A stretch of DNA of 35,130 nucleotides from Octopus bimaculoides (GCF_001194135.2 NC_068983.1:156183928-156219057); one strand, 5' to 3'; numbered from the stretch's first letter, positions 12,801-24,695 are shown. Notes: a model not told the origin generated them from the letters alone. Numbers and translations: made by a program.

Positions 12801-13110
12801 GTCAGGTGTGTATATTTAGGTGTGTCTTCAGATTATAGGGGTTCACAAAAGACTGTAGCAAAACTGAAAGTTGGTCAGTCGATGTGTCACTAAGTTTAGT
12901 TATTTTTGACGTGATTTGGATAATAATAATCTTAATCTTTTGTTTTGAGAATGTGAAGGTTAAAGCTCAGAGTTTAGTCCACCTCTGTCATTAGGTGTGC
13001 TTATTTAGACATGTCAGCGTTTAGGTAATGGAATTTTTAAAGGTTCACAAAAGAATGTAACTAGTAGATAAGCTATAGTTTGTTGGTAGGCTGGTGTCAT
13101 TAAGGGTTTT
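12801..13110. repeat. Decayed tandem duplication, period about 190-200 bp
   Basis: Collinear blocks gtca(tt)aggtgtg..tatttag, ggttcacaaaaga.tgta and gttggt...tgtca.taag occur twice. Confidence 0.55.
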
Positions 13111-13329
13111 CACCTATTTACATTGGGAGGGTGTTACTTATCCCAAAAGCATGTCATGGTATTATTTGTGTAGACACTTTTTCAATTTTATGTTTCAATG
13201 TTCAAAAGAGGAGATACCTCGGTGTAATTGTTTTTGTCCGAATATGTAATTTATCTCATCGTTCTAAAAAATAATTGATTACCACTGAGAAATTTTAACG
13301 TTTGCGTTTTAAGCGCAAATATATATACA

Positions 13330-13378
13330 GATACATAAATATATATGTGTGTATGTGTGTGCGTGTGTGTGTTTGTGC

Positions 13379-13424
<46 letters not shown>
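13330..13424. repeat. (TG)/(TA)n microsatellite
   Basis: Direct reading. Confidence 0.93.
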
Positions 13425-13431
<7 letters not shown>

Positions 13432-14358
13432 GCGGGCACATACATTCTATATTGTATGTACACTACGTTATATAAGAATATATTTATATAAAGTCTGAAC
13501 GTAATGCAATTTTCTACGCAAGTATAAGGCGAACTTTCTTACAAATTCCAAATGGAATTGAATATTAGTAGTGTGAAGATTGTCTATAAATATTCCAAAG
13601 ATTCTCCATTTGAGTTTTTCCTAGAATGAATATATGGACATACTTCCACATATGCAAACTACATGAACGTATATAGAACTAATTAGTGGATACACGCATA
13701 TGTGGACTAAAGAGATATGCACTCCCATTATATGACTGCAAGTACATTAAATCACACATACATATTCTATATATCTGACCTATTAGTAGCCAGTTTTAAT
13801 GGTGCTAGGAACTTTAAATGTCAAAGAAATCATAATATGCATACATATTTTATGTAGGCAATAGCTAAACGAAACCAGAAGTTTGCAATAGAATCAAAAC
13901 AAAAATAATTGAGCAATGGTTTCGTGGAATCAGTCGAAGTATAACGAAATTATATGCGTTATTACGGTGTGTTCCATTAGGTCAGAAGTTCGAATTCTGA
14001 AAAACCAGATTTTATATGTCTTCACCCTGCAATGGATAAAGTAATTATCCATCAAGTTTTAGAGTAAATATGAATTGGAATTTCATATCACCAAGATTGT
14101 CTACTTGTATATATGAATAAAGTTTAAAAACTAGAAATCCAAAATCGTTTCGTCTTACTTTGTAAATGTATATCTTTTCGTTGATATTTGTCCACGTGTT
14201 AGACTTCAAATGGCAAAGTAATTATGAACACAAAACATAAACGTATACAATATTTACAGAATTGCTATATTTACAGTTTCCCTAATGTCCACTAAAATAC
14301 AAATATGGGCGGGTGTGTTCTAAGTACTTTTACAAACATTCACTGCATTAATACACAC

Positions 14359-14359
<1 letters not shown>

Positions 14360-14399
<40 letters not shown>
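14360..14399. repeat. (CTAT)n microsatellite
   Basis: Direct reading. Confidence 0.95.
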
Positions 14400-14689
14400 C
14401 ATGTGTGTATGTATCTTTGTGACTGCTAGTATATTTGTATATATATGAGTGTGCCTGTGTAATACTTTGTCAGTATTGATATTTTATAGAAACAACACTA
14501 CAATTAGAAATCTTCTCAAATCTGAAAAAGACCCAAGTTTATTGTTGTGTAACAAGCTCAGCTCTGAAGCAGCAGACCATGGCATACTGATAGTTTTGGT
14601 GTTTGTCCGGAGACCCCACCACGCACACACACATACACACACAACACACAACGAAACACACGTACACACATTCAATCTCTTTCTCTCTC

Positions 14690-14890
14690 TCTCGCGCGCG
14701 CGAAAAGAAATGCGTTGTGTTCAGATCTGGAGAGGCCTAGACACCGCCATCTTTAAAACGTTCAAAACGAGCCGCATGGTAAAACGGCTTTTCTACCGAA
14801 CTTATCAAGAGTTCAGGAATGAAGTAAGGAGGGAAGTATATGTCTTATACTGTTTAAGGCGAGCTCAGAGATACACGATATATGTACCGG
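14690..14890 (-). promoter_or_regulatory. Possible promoter-like segment (YY1-type motif, CpG-rich)
   Basis: ccgccatcttt (minus AAAGATGGCGG), a (CG)5 run and about 15 CpGs in 200 bp next to a CT/GA tract. Confidence 0.22.
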
Positions 14891-16420
14891 CAAAGATATA
14901 TATTACTGATGACCAGATATACTTCTATTTAATATTCTATTCATTAAATATGCTTTGGTCTATGAAACAATTTAAACAATACACGGGTAGATAGACATTT
15001 AGATGGAAAGCAGAGAAAGCTAGGTAGATTGCAGACACAACAAGCAAAAAATAATGCGTACGTAGCTATGAGAATATGAAACAGAGGGTTATGCTATCGA
15101 GATAGAATATGTGAATATAAGATTCCTTAAATGATAATCTCGAATCAGTCTGTCTAGTCACGAAATAACTGATCAATAAACAGTTTTTTTCTCAGTTCAC
15201 CTTTCAACCAGTTTTATTGTGTTTTATGTTTTGTAGTTGTATTTATTATTACTATTATCAATTTTGCTTGTACTGTTGTTGTTTTATTGTAAACTATAAT
15301 TTCTTTCACATTGTTTTCTTCGGATCTGTAATTGGTTTTCTACATATGTGTGNNNNNNNNNNNNNNNNNNNNNNNNNNNNNNNNNNNNNNNNNNNNNNNN
15401 NNNNNNNNNNNNNNNNNNNNNNNNNNNNNNNNNNNNNNNNNNNNNNNNNNNNNNNNNNNNNNNNNNNNNNNNNNNNNNNNNNNNNNNNNNNNNNNNNNNN
15501 NNNNNNNNNNNNNNNNNNNNNNNNNNNNNNNNNNNNNNNNNNNNNNNNNNNNNNNNNNNNNNNNNNNNNNNNNNNNNNNNNNNNNNNNNNNNNNNNNNNN
15601 NNNNNNNATATATATATATATATATATATATATAAGACATATATGGGGCGGGAATAAGCTCTTCTATTGGACATGTCGCGTTGAAAACTTCAATATAACT
15701 TATTGGAAGCAATTTCCCGTGAAGTTTTACGACTACACCAGTCTTTCTTTACTTTCATTATATTATAACCGTAAACAAATTGTCAAAAATGTCTCCATTT
15801 CCAGTTTTGCTCACTTATTGATTATCTTAAAGATTAACTCAAATTATTTTGTTCTTTGCTTTCTTCATGTTTCATTTATAATGAAAGGGCTGAGGCTGTA
15901 ATCAGGTAAGAGTGATGTGGTTAGTATTTTATAAATGTCTCTACACTGACGACTGAAAAAAATGATAAACTGTTCGTAAGATGGTTATTTTAACAGGTTG
16001 CAATTATGGTGAAGAAAAATTTATCAAATATTCATAACGAATCTTAAACGCGAATAGTATATTACGCTTCATGAAAAGAATAGAAAATGTTGTGTGAAGT
16101 AGGACGAGTGAAAGTGTTATTTTAGTAGCAAGCTCTAGAGAGTTGGGGTCTTTGTCGTCGGTCGCCTTCGATATGACGGAGATAAGAGGACAACTTGTTT
16201 TGCGTTTAGAGATAGTATTTTTGGAAAAAAGAGAACCGGGGAATACTGCTATGGAAGCCAATACGAATGTTCTTATCTTCAATAATGAGCACCGTCCCAG
16301 ATGTAGATATTAAATTCTATAGAGGGTTTTACTTGAGTGCTGTCGAGAGTCAGTATCTGTTTGAAGATGGGGGACTTGTGAGAGATGTGGACCTCAAGAG
16401 TAGTGTTATGGTTATGTAAA

Positions 16421-16741
16421 GGTGCGTAGGTTAGAGGTTAGGGTATTCGGTTCATGATCGCAATCTCGTGCGTTCGATTCCCGGAGGCACGCTGTGTCCT
16501 TGAGCAAGATACTTCATTTTAGATTGCTCCAGTGCACTCAGCTCGGAAAAATGAGTTGTTCCTGTATTTCATATGGCTAGCTTTATTACACTCTGTGCCA
16601 CGCTGAATTTTCCTGAAAATTAAGTTAAGAGTACACGTGTCTGTGGCGAGCCCGGTCACTTGCACGTTAATTTCACGAGCAAGCTGTTCCGTTGATCGGA
16701 TCAACTGGAACCCATGTCGTCGTAACCGACGGAGTGCCAGT
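16421..16741 (+). mobile_element. SINE family C, full length, tRNA-derived head
   Basis: A-box-like ggttagaggtt, B-box gttcgattccc, central gtgtccttgagcaagatactt (CORE/Meta-like domain), two 3' hairpins. Confidence 0.85.
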
Positions 16742-17360
16742 TATATTCTTAAGACGAAATCAGCAGTAGAGATTGTCAGAGTATGTGACGCATATCATTT
16801 TGCATCGGGATTTTGGTGTGTCTGTTGTAACGTGGATGCAAAACAAACAGATCACTTGTACGTCTAGAAGTGCTATCTATGAAGCCATCTTTGTTAAGAT
16901 AAACTGGGCAAGCATATTCCTCGACTCTGCAGCTGTCTTAATTTTAAAGGGGAATATAGTGTTGGTTGCTATTTCTGTTGAGTGTCAATTAAGAAGCTGT
17001 CAAATACACGGGTTATCTTTTATATTACAGATTATAATCTTGTAGAAGATATATTCGTCATCAAAATACAATAGCTGATCGAAATACTGGATTTTTTCAG
17101 GTGTTGAATATTGCATTCTTCACGTACACTGTAAACATGTAGTAAGTTTGGTGACTCACAGAGGGACTTGAGACTCATAAGATTATTGTGTGAGACATGT
17201 TAAAAGACATGAGGATAATTTTGGTTTCCTTAGTTGTTTCGGATGGATAAGAGGTGAAACGTATTTCTTGCAGAGAATAATTAGCGCCGTACCTTCGTCT
17301 GTAGATATTTAAGCATCGCTTTGTCAGCAGTTCGCAGTTCTGTGAGCTAAATCGAAAACG

Positions 17361-17412
17361 AGCACTAAATGCCTAGAAAAGCACTAAATGCCTAAAAAAA
17401 AGCACTAAATGC
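17361..17412. repeat. About 20-bp tandem repeat x2.6 (agcactaaatgccta...)
   Basis: Units start at 17361, 17380 and 17401. Confidence 0.9.
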
Positions 17413-17626
17413 GTGTGCGTGTGTGTATCTGTGTGTGTGTTATAGTATTTGTATTGAATTTATCCCTACCACCGCTTGGCAACTTACCGTATCTTAGCTG
17501 TTCCGCAAAAGCGCAGGATAGTATAAGAAGTAGACATAAGAAATACGCGAGTCAAATTCGTTCGAGTAACCCTTCCAAGCGGTGCCCCAGCATAACTGCA
17601 CTCCAATGAGTAAAACAAGAAAAAGA
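17410..17626 (+). mobile_element. SINE family B, 3' half
   Basis: TG tract, accaccgcttggcaac, cttagctgttccgcaaaag, gcggtgccccagcat...aaacaagaaaaaga. Confidence 0.7.
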
Positions 17627-17698
17627 TTAATAATAAAATATATAATTAGGCTGCGTTTATTTGGAAACGCCTGAAAGAGAAATAAATTACCTACCTAA

Positions 17699-17894
17699 GT
17701 TGTTGCTGTTTAGCCTTTGATCAACTCTTATTTTGCATTCCAACTGTGGTCATAATGAGTTTTATGGGGTTATGGAGGACTGAATTATCGAATGCCATCT
17801 TTCCGTAATTATGACGCTAAGATATAATTAATTTGAGGAATATGTTACTGCTATTTGTAGCAGGTCTAGTGACCAAACAACCACATAGAAACTC
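17699..17894 (-). mobile_element. SINE-like repeat, family D
   Basis: Inverted homolog of 177-395; begins gttgttgctgtttagcc, the reverse complement of the (AAC) tail. Confidence 0.5.
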
Positions 17895-18712
17895 ACTCAT
17901 TTACACAATTGTAGAGTGGGAAGATGTTGATAAATAAATACGTCAAAGTCAGTTACAGTTTATAGTGGATTAAAGATTTTTAAAACGCCATTATGATTTT
18001 ATGGGGAACCAAATTCGAAATGTGACAAACGTGTGTTTTAATGACGTTACTGAAATGCAGTAATTAGAACATAAGAAATGAATAAACAGTGTTATAATTC
18101 CAAACATTTTCTTCGTGACGTATATTGTCCTATAATCTACATAAGCCAAATGATATTTCAAGTAATTTATTTCTTTTGATGACAAATATTTCAAATTTGA
18201 GACCATCCTTATATTTAACATCTTATTTAACTATGCATTAATGAGACTTTATTTGTGGAGAGCATACAAGACTATAGACATGTGAGTCCATAGAATAAAT
18301 TAATAAGATTGTTCTGTTTCTATATGCTTTCATGTGCTCTAAAAATCCCATTGGAAACAACTCTGTGAAGCCCACGATTCTGGATTAGGAAAAAAATATC
18401 CGTCGATTTCAACGATGAGTATCAACTAGTTCGATAAACTGATGTACTGGTATTTAGTTAATGTGGAAGTACCTCAACACTCATCAGTGCTTTAATCTTA
18501 CTTCCCAGTCAAAATCAGCATGACAGAGCATACTAGAAACAACAGGTAAAGACATGGTTTCTGAGATAACTTCCTTGTAAGTTTAAATGGAAGATCATAT
18601 TTTGAAATACACTCCTCAGAAACATGAATGACAAAATAGGAAAAGGTAATTTCCATAGGATTTGAGTTGTAATTTAACGCACAGCAAAAAATAACATAAT
18701 TCATACGGAACC

Positions 18713-18776
<64 letters not shown>

Positions 18777-18837
18777 NNNNNNNNNNNNNNNNNNNNNNNN
18801 NNNNNNNNNNNNNNNNNNNNNNNNNNNNNNNNNNNNN

Positions 18838-18916
<79 letters not shown>
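18713..18916. repeat. (TG)n microsatellite spanning a gap
   Basis: Direct reading. Confidence 0.97.
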
Positions 18917-18918
<2 letters not shown>

Positions 18919-19034
18919 CCAACGGAAGTTATTTTTTGCATAATTCTAACAGAAGGAAATCTAGTGAAGTTGTAATATGTTAACTGCAGAAGGTCTCAGT
19001 ACATTATAATGAGAAATTGAAAGAGAAATATGAT

Positions 19035-19130
19035 GCTTAATTCTACGCACGTGTGAAACATGGACCGAAAGTGAAAATGACCTTAAAATTGTACGACGCG
19101 ACCTCATTTCTAGGGTTCTCCATGTCCCGT
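19035..19130 (+). mobile_element. Possible RTE-clade RT C-terminal fragment
   Basis: Encodes ..CETWTESENDLKIV.., matching the RTE LLYGxETWT motif; short. Confidence 0.3.
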
Positions 19131-19417
19131 TCTCCCCTGCTTTCCCCATCTCTTTGTGCCGCTTTCTTTCACCTTCACCTATAGAACATAAAGTATCAAT
19201 TTTCTGCTGGCTTTCTTTTATTTTCAATTATAGAACATACATAGGGTTTGAAACATCAGCAGCTGCCTCTCACTCGCTATCTGTCTTTCAACTTCTCCTA
19301 TAGAAGCTTGTTTTCTGTCTCTGTTTCGTTCTCTTGTCTCTCTGTCTTTTCCTCATTCTGCGTTTCATACCGTAGAGATAAGATGTATGTACGTGTATAT
19401 GAAATGGACGCGTGTGC

Positions 19418-19421
<4 letters not shown>

Positions 19422-19458
<37 letters not shown>

Positions 19459-19475
19459 AGTGAGTGAGTGAGTGA
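19422..19475. repeat. (GA)n/(GAGT)n microsatellite
   Basis: Direct reading. Confidence 0.93.
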
Positions 19476-20393
19476 ATAAGTCAGTGAGTCAGTAAAGGTG
19501 TGTATTGTAATGATGGGTATCTTTTAAGGTACACACTCATATAGAAAATGTGAAGTCATTATCGTCGTCGTCGTATAATATGCTTACGATAGTTGAGATA
19601 TGGAAAGATTATAATTTTAAATTTTTGTAATGGAAATATGTCAATGAAAATAAAATTTGGTTGGTAGCGGAAATAGTACTAAATATTTTGATATTTGATA
19701 CGTCAAAATCGGCAACTCGGTTTTGGGCTGCATTAGGAACATACGTACACACGCACACACACACACACATACAAACTCTCTTTTATAGTTATATATATAT
19801 ATGTATATATATACATATACATATATACACATACATACATAAATGTTTATATGCCNNNNNNNNNNNNNNNNNNNNNNNNNNNNNNNNNNNNNNNNNNNNN
19901 NNNNNNNNNNNNNNNNNNNNNNNNNNNNNNNNNNNNNNNNNNNNNNNNNNNNNNNNNNNNNNNNNNNNNNNNNNNNNNNNNNNNNNNNNNNNNNNNNNNN
20001 NNNNNNNNNNNNNNNNNNNNNNNNNNNNNNNNNNNNNNNNNNNNNNNNNNNNNNNNNNNNNNNNNNNNNNNNNNNNNNNNNNNNNNNNNNNNNNNNNNNN
20101 NNNNNNNNNNNNNNNNNNNNNNNNNNNNNNNNNNNNNNNNNNNNNNNNNNNNNNNNNNNNNNNNNNNNNNNNNNNNNNNNNNNNNNNNNNNNNNNNNNNN
20201 NNNNNNNNNNNNNNNNNNNNNNNNNNNNNNNNNNNNNNNNNNNNNNNNNNNNNNNNNNNNNNNNNNNNNNNNNNNNNNNNNNNNNNNNNNNNNNNNNNNN
20301 NNNNNNNNNNNNNNNNNNNNNNNNNNNNNNNNNNNNNNNNNNNNNNNNNNNNNNNNNNNNNNNNNNNNNNNNNNNNNNNNNNNNNNNNNNNNN

Positions 20394-20447
<54 letters not shown>

Positions 20448-21347
20448 CATATACATATATACACATACATACATAAATGTTTATATGCCTGTCTAACGAT
20501 ATTCGTATGATAATTTTGGTATATATATATGTACGTATGTATGCATATATATATATATACACATGTGTGTGTGTGAGTGTGTGTGTATGTATCTATGCAT
20601 ATATATGTATGCATATTTGTCCGACAGTGTGTACAGACAAACTGTCAGAGGGCGATGGTCTGACGCATATGCATAGAAATGTATAGAAATTTACAAGGAG
20701 TGATTAAGTATACAGGCGAAGGGCTGAAATTATTGAGTTAAATTATAATCTGTGGAAAACTTAAAGAAAACTCTAGAACAGGGAAAAATCGAATACAATG
20801 GAAGAAAGAAAAAATGCAATTAATACAAGATATCAGGATAAAGTAATAAGATTAGAAAGTGGTCATGAATTGAAGTAAAGAATTGAAGCAGAATGCCAGT
20901 TATATGCTTTAAACTTTTGGTGAATTTAAAGAACTTAAGTGTGATGAATAGTGCGTCGTTCTACAATTTCACAGGCGAAGGTTTAATACAATTTCCTTTC
21001 ACGAATTCAACAACAAATACAAATAAAATTTTTAATTTTTTCTCGTCATATTTTATTTGACTTATACATGTACATATATTTGTATTCTATTTCAACTCCA
21101 TTTTTCCCCTTTTTTTCTTTTTTGACTGTCAAAAATATCAGACAAAGTTTTCTTGCAAACAATTTAATACTCTCGGGTTTTAGGAAAATAGTTTCTGTAT
21201 CGATAGATTTATATCGAAATCAATCATCAAACAAGTTAACATTGTCAGAAATATATTCTCTTCTCTTTTTCACTGACCACAGAGTTTCATCCAGTTTCAC
21301 CACTTCTTCCTTCCCCTTTAACATTGTTATTGCTTCTATCATTATTG

Positions 21348-21373
21348 TTCTTCTTCTTCTTCTTCTTCTTCTA

Positions 21374-21454
<81 letters not shown>
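21348..21454 (-). repeat. (TCT)n + (ATT)n run; the (AAT)n on the minus strand is the tail or target of the adjacent LINE
   Basis: Abuts the 3' UTR of the LINE at 21455. Confidence 0.9.
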
Positions 21455-21455
<1 letters not shown>

Positions 21456-22486
21456 CTCGGTAAAAATGCACAGGACTCTTTAGTCATCTGTCAAGTTACA
21501 GCAAGGACCCCAAACAGATAATAGTTTCCTTAAGAAGTGTGCTGCGCCCATTAAGGCTGCTTTTTGCAAGACATCAATCTTGCATGGGATTTCCAGTTGC
21601 TTTAAGAAGTCTTGAAGTTTCAAAGGAATTGAACCCAACGCTCCGATCACCACTGGTATCACATTTACATTACCCTCTCGCATTTCATACAGTCTTGACA
21701 TTTCCACTTTTATTTCGGGGTACTAGGTGATTTTTTAAACCTCTTTACTCACGACATTCATCTCATTTGGTATGGCTACATCAATGATCTGACAGTATTT
21801 GTCTCTCTTACTCAATATGACTATATCTTGCCGACAGTGTTCGATTACAAAATCCGTCTGAAATTCATAGTCCCAGAGTATCTTTACCTTTCTATCTTCC
21901 TGCATAACTTCGTTTGCTACATGCTCATACAAGTTCTCTGTTACTTCATATTGGTGTTAACAGCATAAGAGCCAATGAAGATACACACTTTATCGTGGCT
22001 GCATTTGTATTCTTTTTATGCAAGGCTCTCAGATCCATTTACCAAGTGAGTCACATTTTCCACACTCTTTCCGCAGAGTCTGCATTTCTGGGTGTCAGAA
22101 ACTTTATAGATGTTATACTTCACTGAATTGGTAGCGAAAGCCTGGTCTTGTGCAGCAATAATCAGGCTTACAGTGGCACGCTTCAAATCACCTCGCTCAA
22201 GCCATGCCACGATGCTGTATCATCCTTAACGTCTTGTGCATTCCTTTCAAACTGTCCATGCATTCTCATTTAAAGAAAATAAAGTCTTTTTTCTCTTCTC
22301 GTCAGGTCTTTGGTTAAACTCTGCCTTACTCATCATTTCATCTGTATTTATACCCATATCTTTCGAAGCATATTGCAGCAGGTCTTCATCAGCATTTATC
22401 AAATACCCGGCAAGCGTTCTCCTTTCACTCCATATACAATAGCCTATAATAATTACTCTTCTGCCACCATTCTTTCTTTTCATATA
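21455..22486 (-). mobile_element. 5'-truncated non-LTR retrotransposon, R4/Dong-like with restriction-like endonuclease; pseudogenised
   Basis: Ordered motifs YMKRKNGGR, MHGQFER, WLERGDLK..IIAAQDQA, CRLCGKSVENVTHL (zinc knuckle), EYKxxHDKV, LHWLLC, YEH, KILWDYEFQTD, (R)QDIVI..IIDVAIP..KE, VIPVVIGALG, LQKAALMGAAHFLRK. Contains frameshifts and stops. Confidence 0.93.
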
Positions 22487-22610
22487 GTACGTTAATCCTC
22501 AAATGGACTAAGGAGGAAATATAAACACAGGATAGAAGAACGAGAAAGTTGATGACGCTACATGGGGCGCTACGCCCTAAAGTAAATGTAAACAGACTGT
22601 ATATGAAAAG
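22483..22610 (+). mobile_element. Inverted 5' segment of the same LINE
   Basis: Plus strand encodes YSTLILKWTKEEI*TQDRRTRKLMTLHGALRPKVNVNRLYMK, the part that directly precedes KRKNGGR in this clade. Confidence 0.88.
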
Positions 22611-22959
22611 TTCCTGAATAAGGTTTGCTTAGGATGATGAACAAAACGCCCATGTTTTCAGAGATGAATTATTCAAACCCCAAAGGATTCCTCTCAACAT
22701 ATGGCTATGATGCTCCCCCACTACATCTGCACGTGATCACAGATGCACATATCGTCAGCCACAACTGGTTAACGTCAAGCAACCGGCGAGCGAACTTGTG
22801 GTATTGAGCAGAATATTTGCTGTAGCCCATTTTAGTTAATGTGTTATACAGTGCAGTACTGTACTGTATTTTTATTTATTAACTTATTAATTTTAAGGCG
22901 TGAAAATGCTTATTTTACCACAGAAATAATTAAAATCTGAAATAATATAAATGACTATC

Positions 22960-23104
22960 GGCCACAGAAACCCACGATATAGTGAGGAGTCCGCGATATA
23001 AATTTATATATATTAGCCAGAAAACCAGAAAAGTCTGTCATGCACTGAGGGTGCGATAGGTGAACCGCGATAGGTGAACCACGATATGGCGAGAGATTAC
23101 TGTA
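22960..23104. mobile_element. One terminus of a pogo/Tigger-like (Tc1/mariner superfamily) element or MITE
   Basis: Reverse complement reads TA-CAGTAATCTCTCGCCATATCGTGGTTCACCTATCGCGGTTCACC, with repeated cgcgata-type subterminal motifs. Partner TIR not found. Confidence 0.55.
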
Positions 23105-24020
23105 TATATATATANNNNNNNNNNNNNNNNNNNNNNNNNNNNNNNNNNNNNNNNNNNNNNNNNNNNNNNNNNNNNNNNNNNNNNNNNNNNNNNNNNNNNN
23201 NNNNNNNNNNNNNNNNNNNNNNNNNNNNNNNNNNNNNNNNNNNNNNNNNNNNNNNNNNNNNNNNNNNNNNNNNNNNNNNNNNNNNNNNNNNNNNNNNNNN
23301 NNNNNNNNNNNNNNNNNNNNNNNNNNNNNNNNNNNNNNNNNNNNNNNNNNNNNNNNNNNNNNNNNNNNNNNNNNNNNNNNNNNNNNNNNNNNNNNNNNNN
23401 NNNNNNNNNNNNNNNNNNNNNNNNNNNNNNNNNNNNNNNNNNNNNNNNNNNNNNNNNNNNNNNNNNNNNNNNNNNNNNNNNNNNNNNNNNNNNNNNNNNN
23501 NNNNNNNNNNNNNNNNNNNNNNNNNNNNNNNNNNNNNNNNNNNNNNNNNNNNNNNNNNNNNNNNNNNNNNNNNNNNNNNNNNNNNNNNNNNNNNNNNNNN
23601 NNNNNNNNNNNNNNNTATATATAAGGATTATAAGCATATACACACAGAGACATACAGATGAAGGAATTGTCGAAGTCCTATGGTACTGTGACGTATGAAT
23701 TTGAGCAAATCATTTCTTAAATTACAAAGAGTGTTTATATGTATATATAGATATATTTTATTTTGAGGGTTCTCTTTCATATTCTTTTTAAAATTCGACT
23801 TGAAGAAACCACATAGCTAAAAAGAATATAAAAAATAAATTAGATCATCAAGAACAGCTGGCACAATATGAGAATTTACGACAGAATGAATAATAAAATG
23901 AAAACTAACTACAAAACGTCAGCGAGAAACAAGCAGTAACATGTAGCTTTTATGGAGTTGTTAAAACTACTTGAAACACACAATTCAAGTTGGCCTCAAA
24001 TCATTTGAAAGTTTCGTTAA

Positions 24021-24238
24021 ACAATCCTTTCTACTTCAGGCATCAGGCCTCAAAATTTGGTGGTGTCTGTTTTAGGCTATTCGATCTACATCGACCACAA
24101 TTCTCAGCTATTTTACTGACACCGAAAGACGAAAAACATGTTCGAACTCGGTGGAATATGAAAACTGAACATAAAGACGGACGAAATGCTACTAAGCATT
24201 TTGTCTGGCGTGCTAATAATTCTGCAAACTCACCTCCT
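24021..24238 (-). mobile_element. SINE family A, near full length, diverged (agaaaggatt-type end)
   Basis: ctaagcattttgtctggcgtgctaataattctgc is the reverse complement of the head at 32215-32250. Confidence 0.75.
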
Positions 24239-24695
24239 TACATTCGTTAAATAATGTATCCCGAAACATAGCCTGCCCCAGACTGGTTGAATGCTAACGA
24301 CTGAAACTGATCTTAGGTCTACTCTAACAGAGTAGTGCTGAGTTATATAACAACTCAACTAAAACAGTCACTATAAATAGTTACACCGACAGAGCTGACA
24401 ATTCTGGTTCTATAGAATCATTCATTTCCAACTCTTGTTGGTTTATAGTGTTTAGTTATTCATCGGCTTTCTTCATATCATCGACTTATTCATATCAAAA
24501 TATTACTTATTACTAGACACAAAGACATACACATATACATATTTAAATATATGCACGCACGTACACAAAGAAGCACATGCGCAAAGATATGTATACACAT
24601 ACTCGTGTTCAGGCGACAATCACGTACCTTTCCATATACAAGCCTATACACCCAAACAAACATTACGTAATATATTTCTGTTTTCTGACATTTTT

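Noticed and set aside
16815-16880. CVCCNVDAKQTDHLYV*KC, resembling a LINE zinc knuckle
   Set aside because: H-to-C spacing is wrong, it contains stops, and no flanking RT motifs are present.
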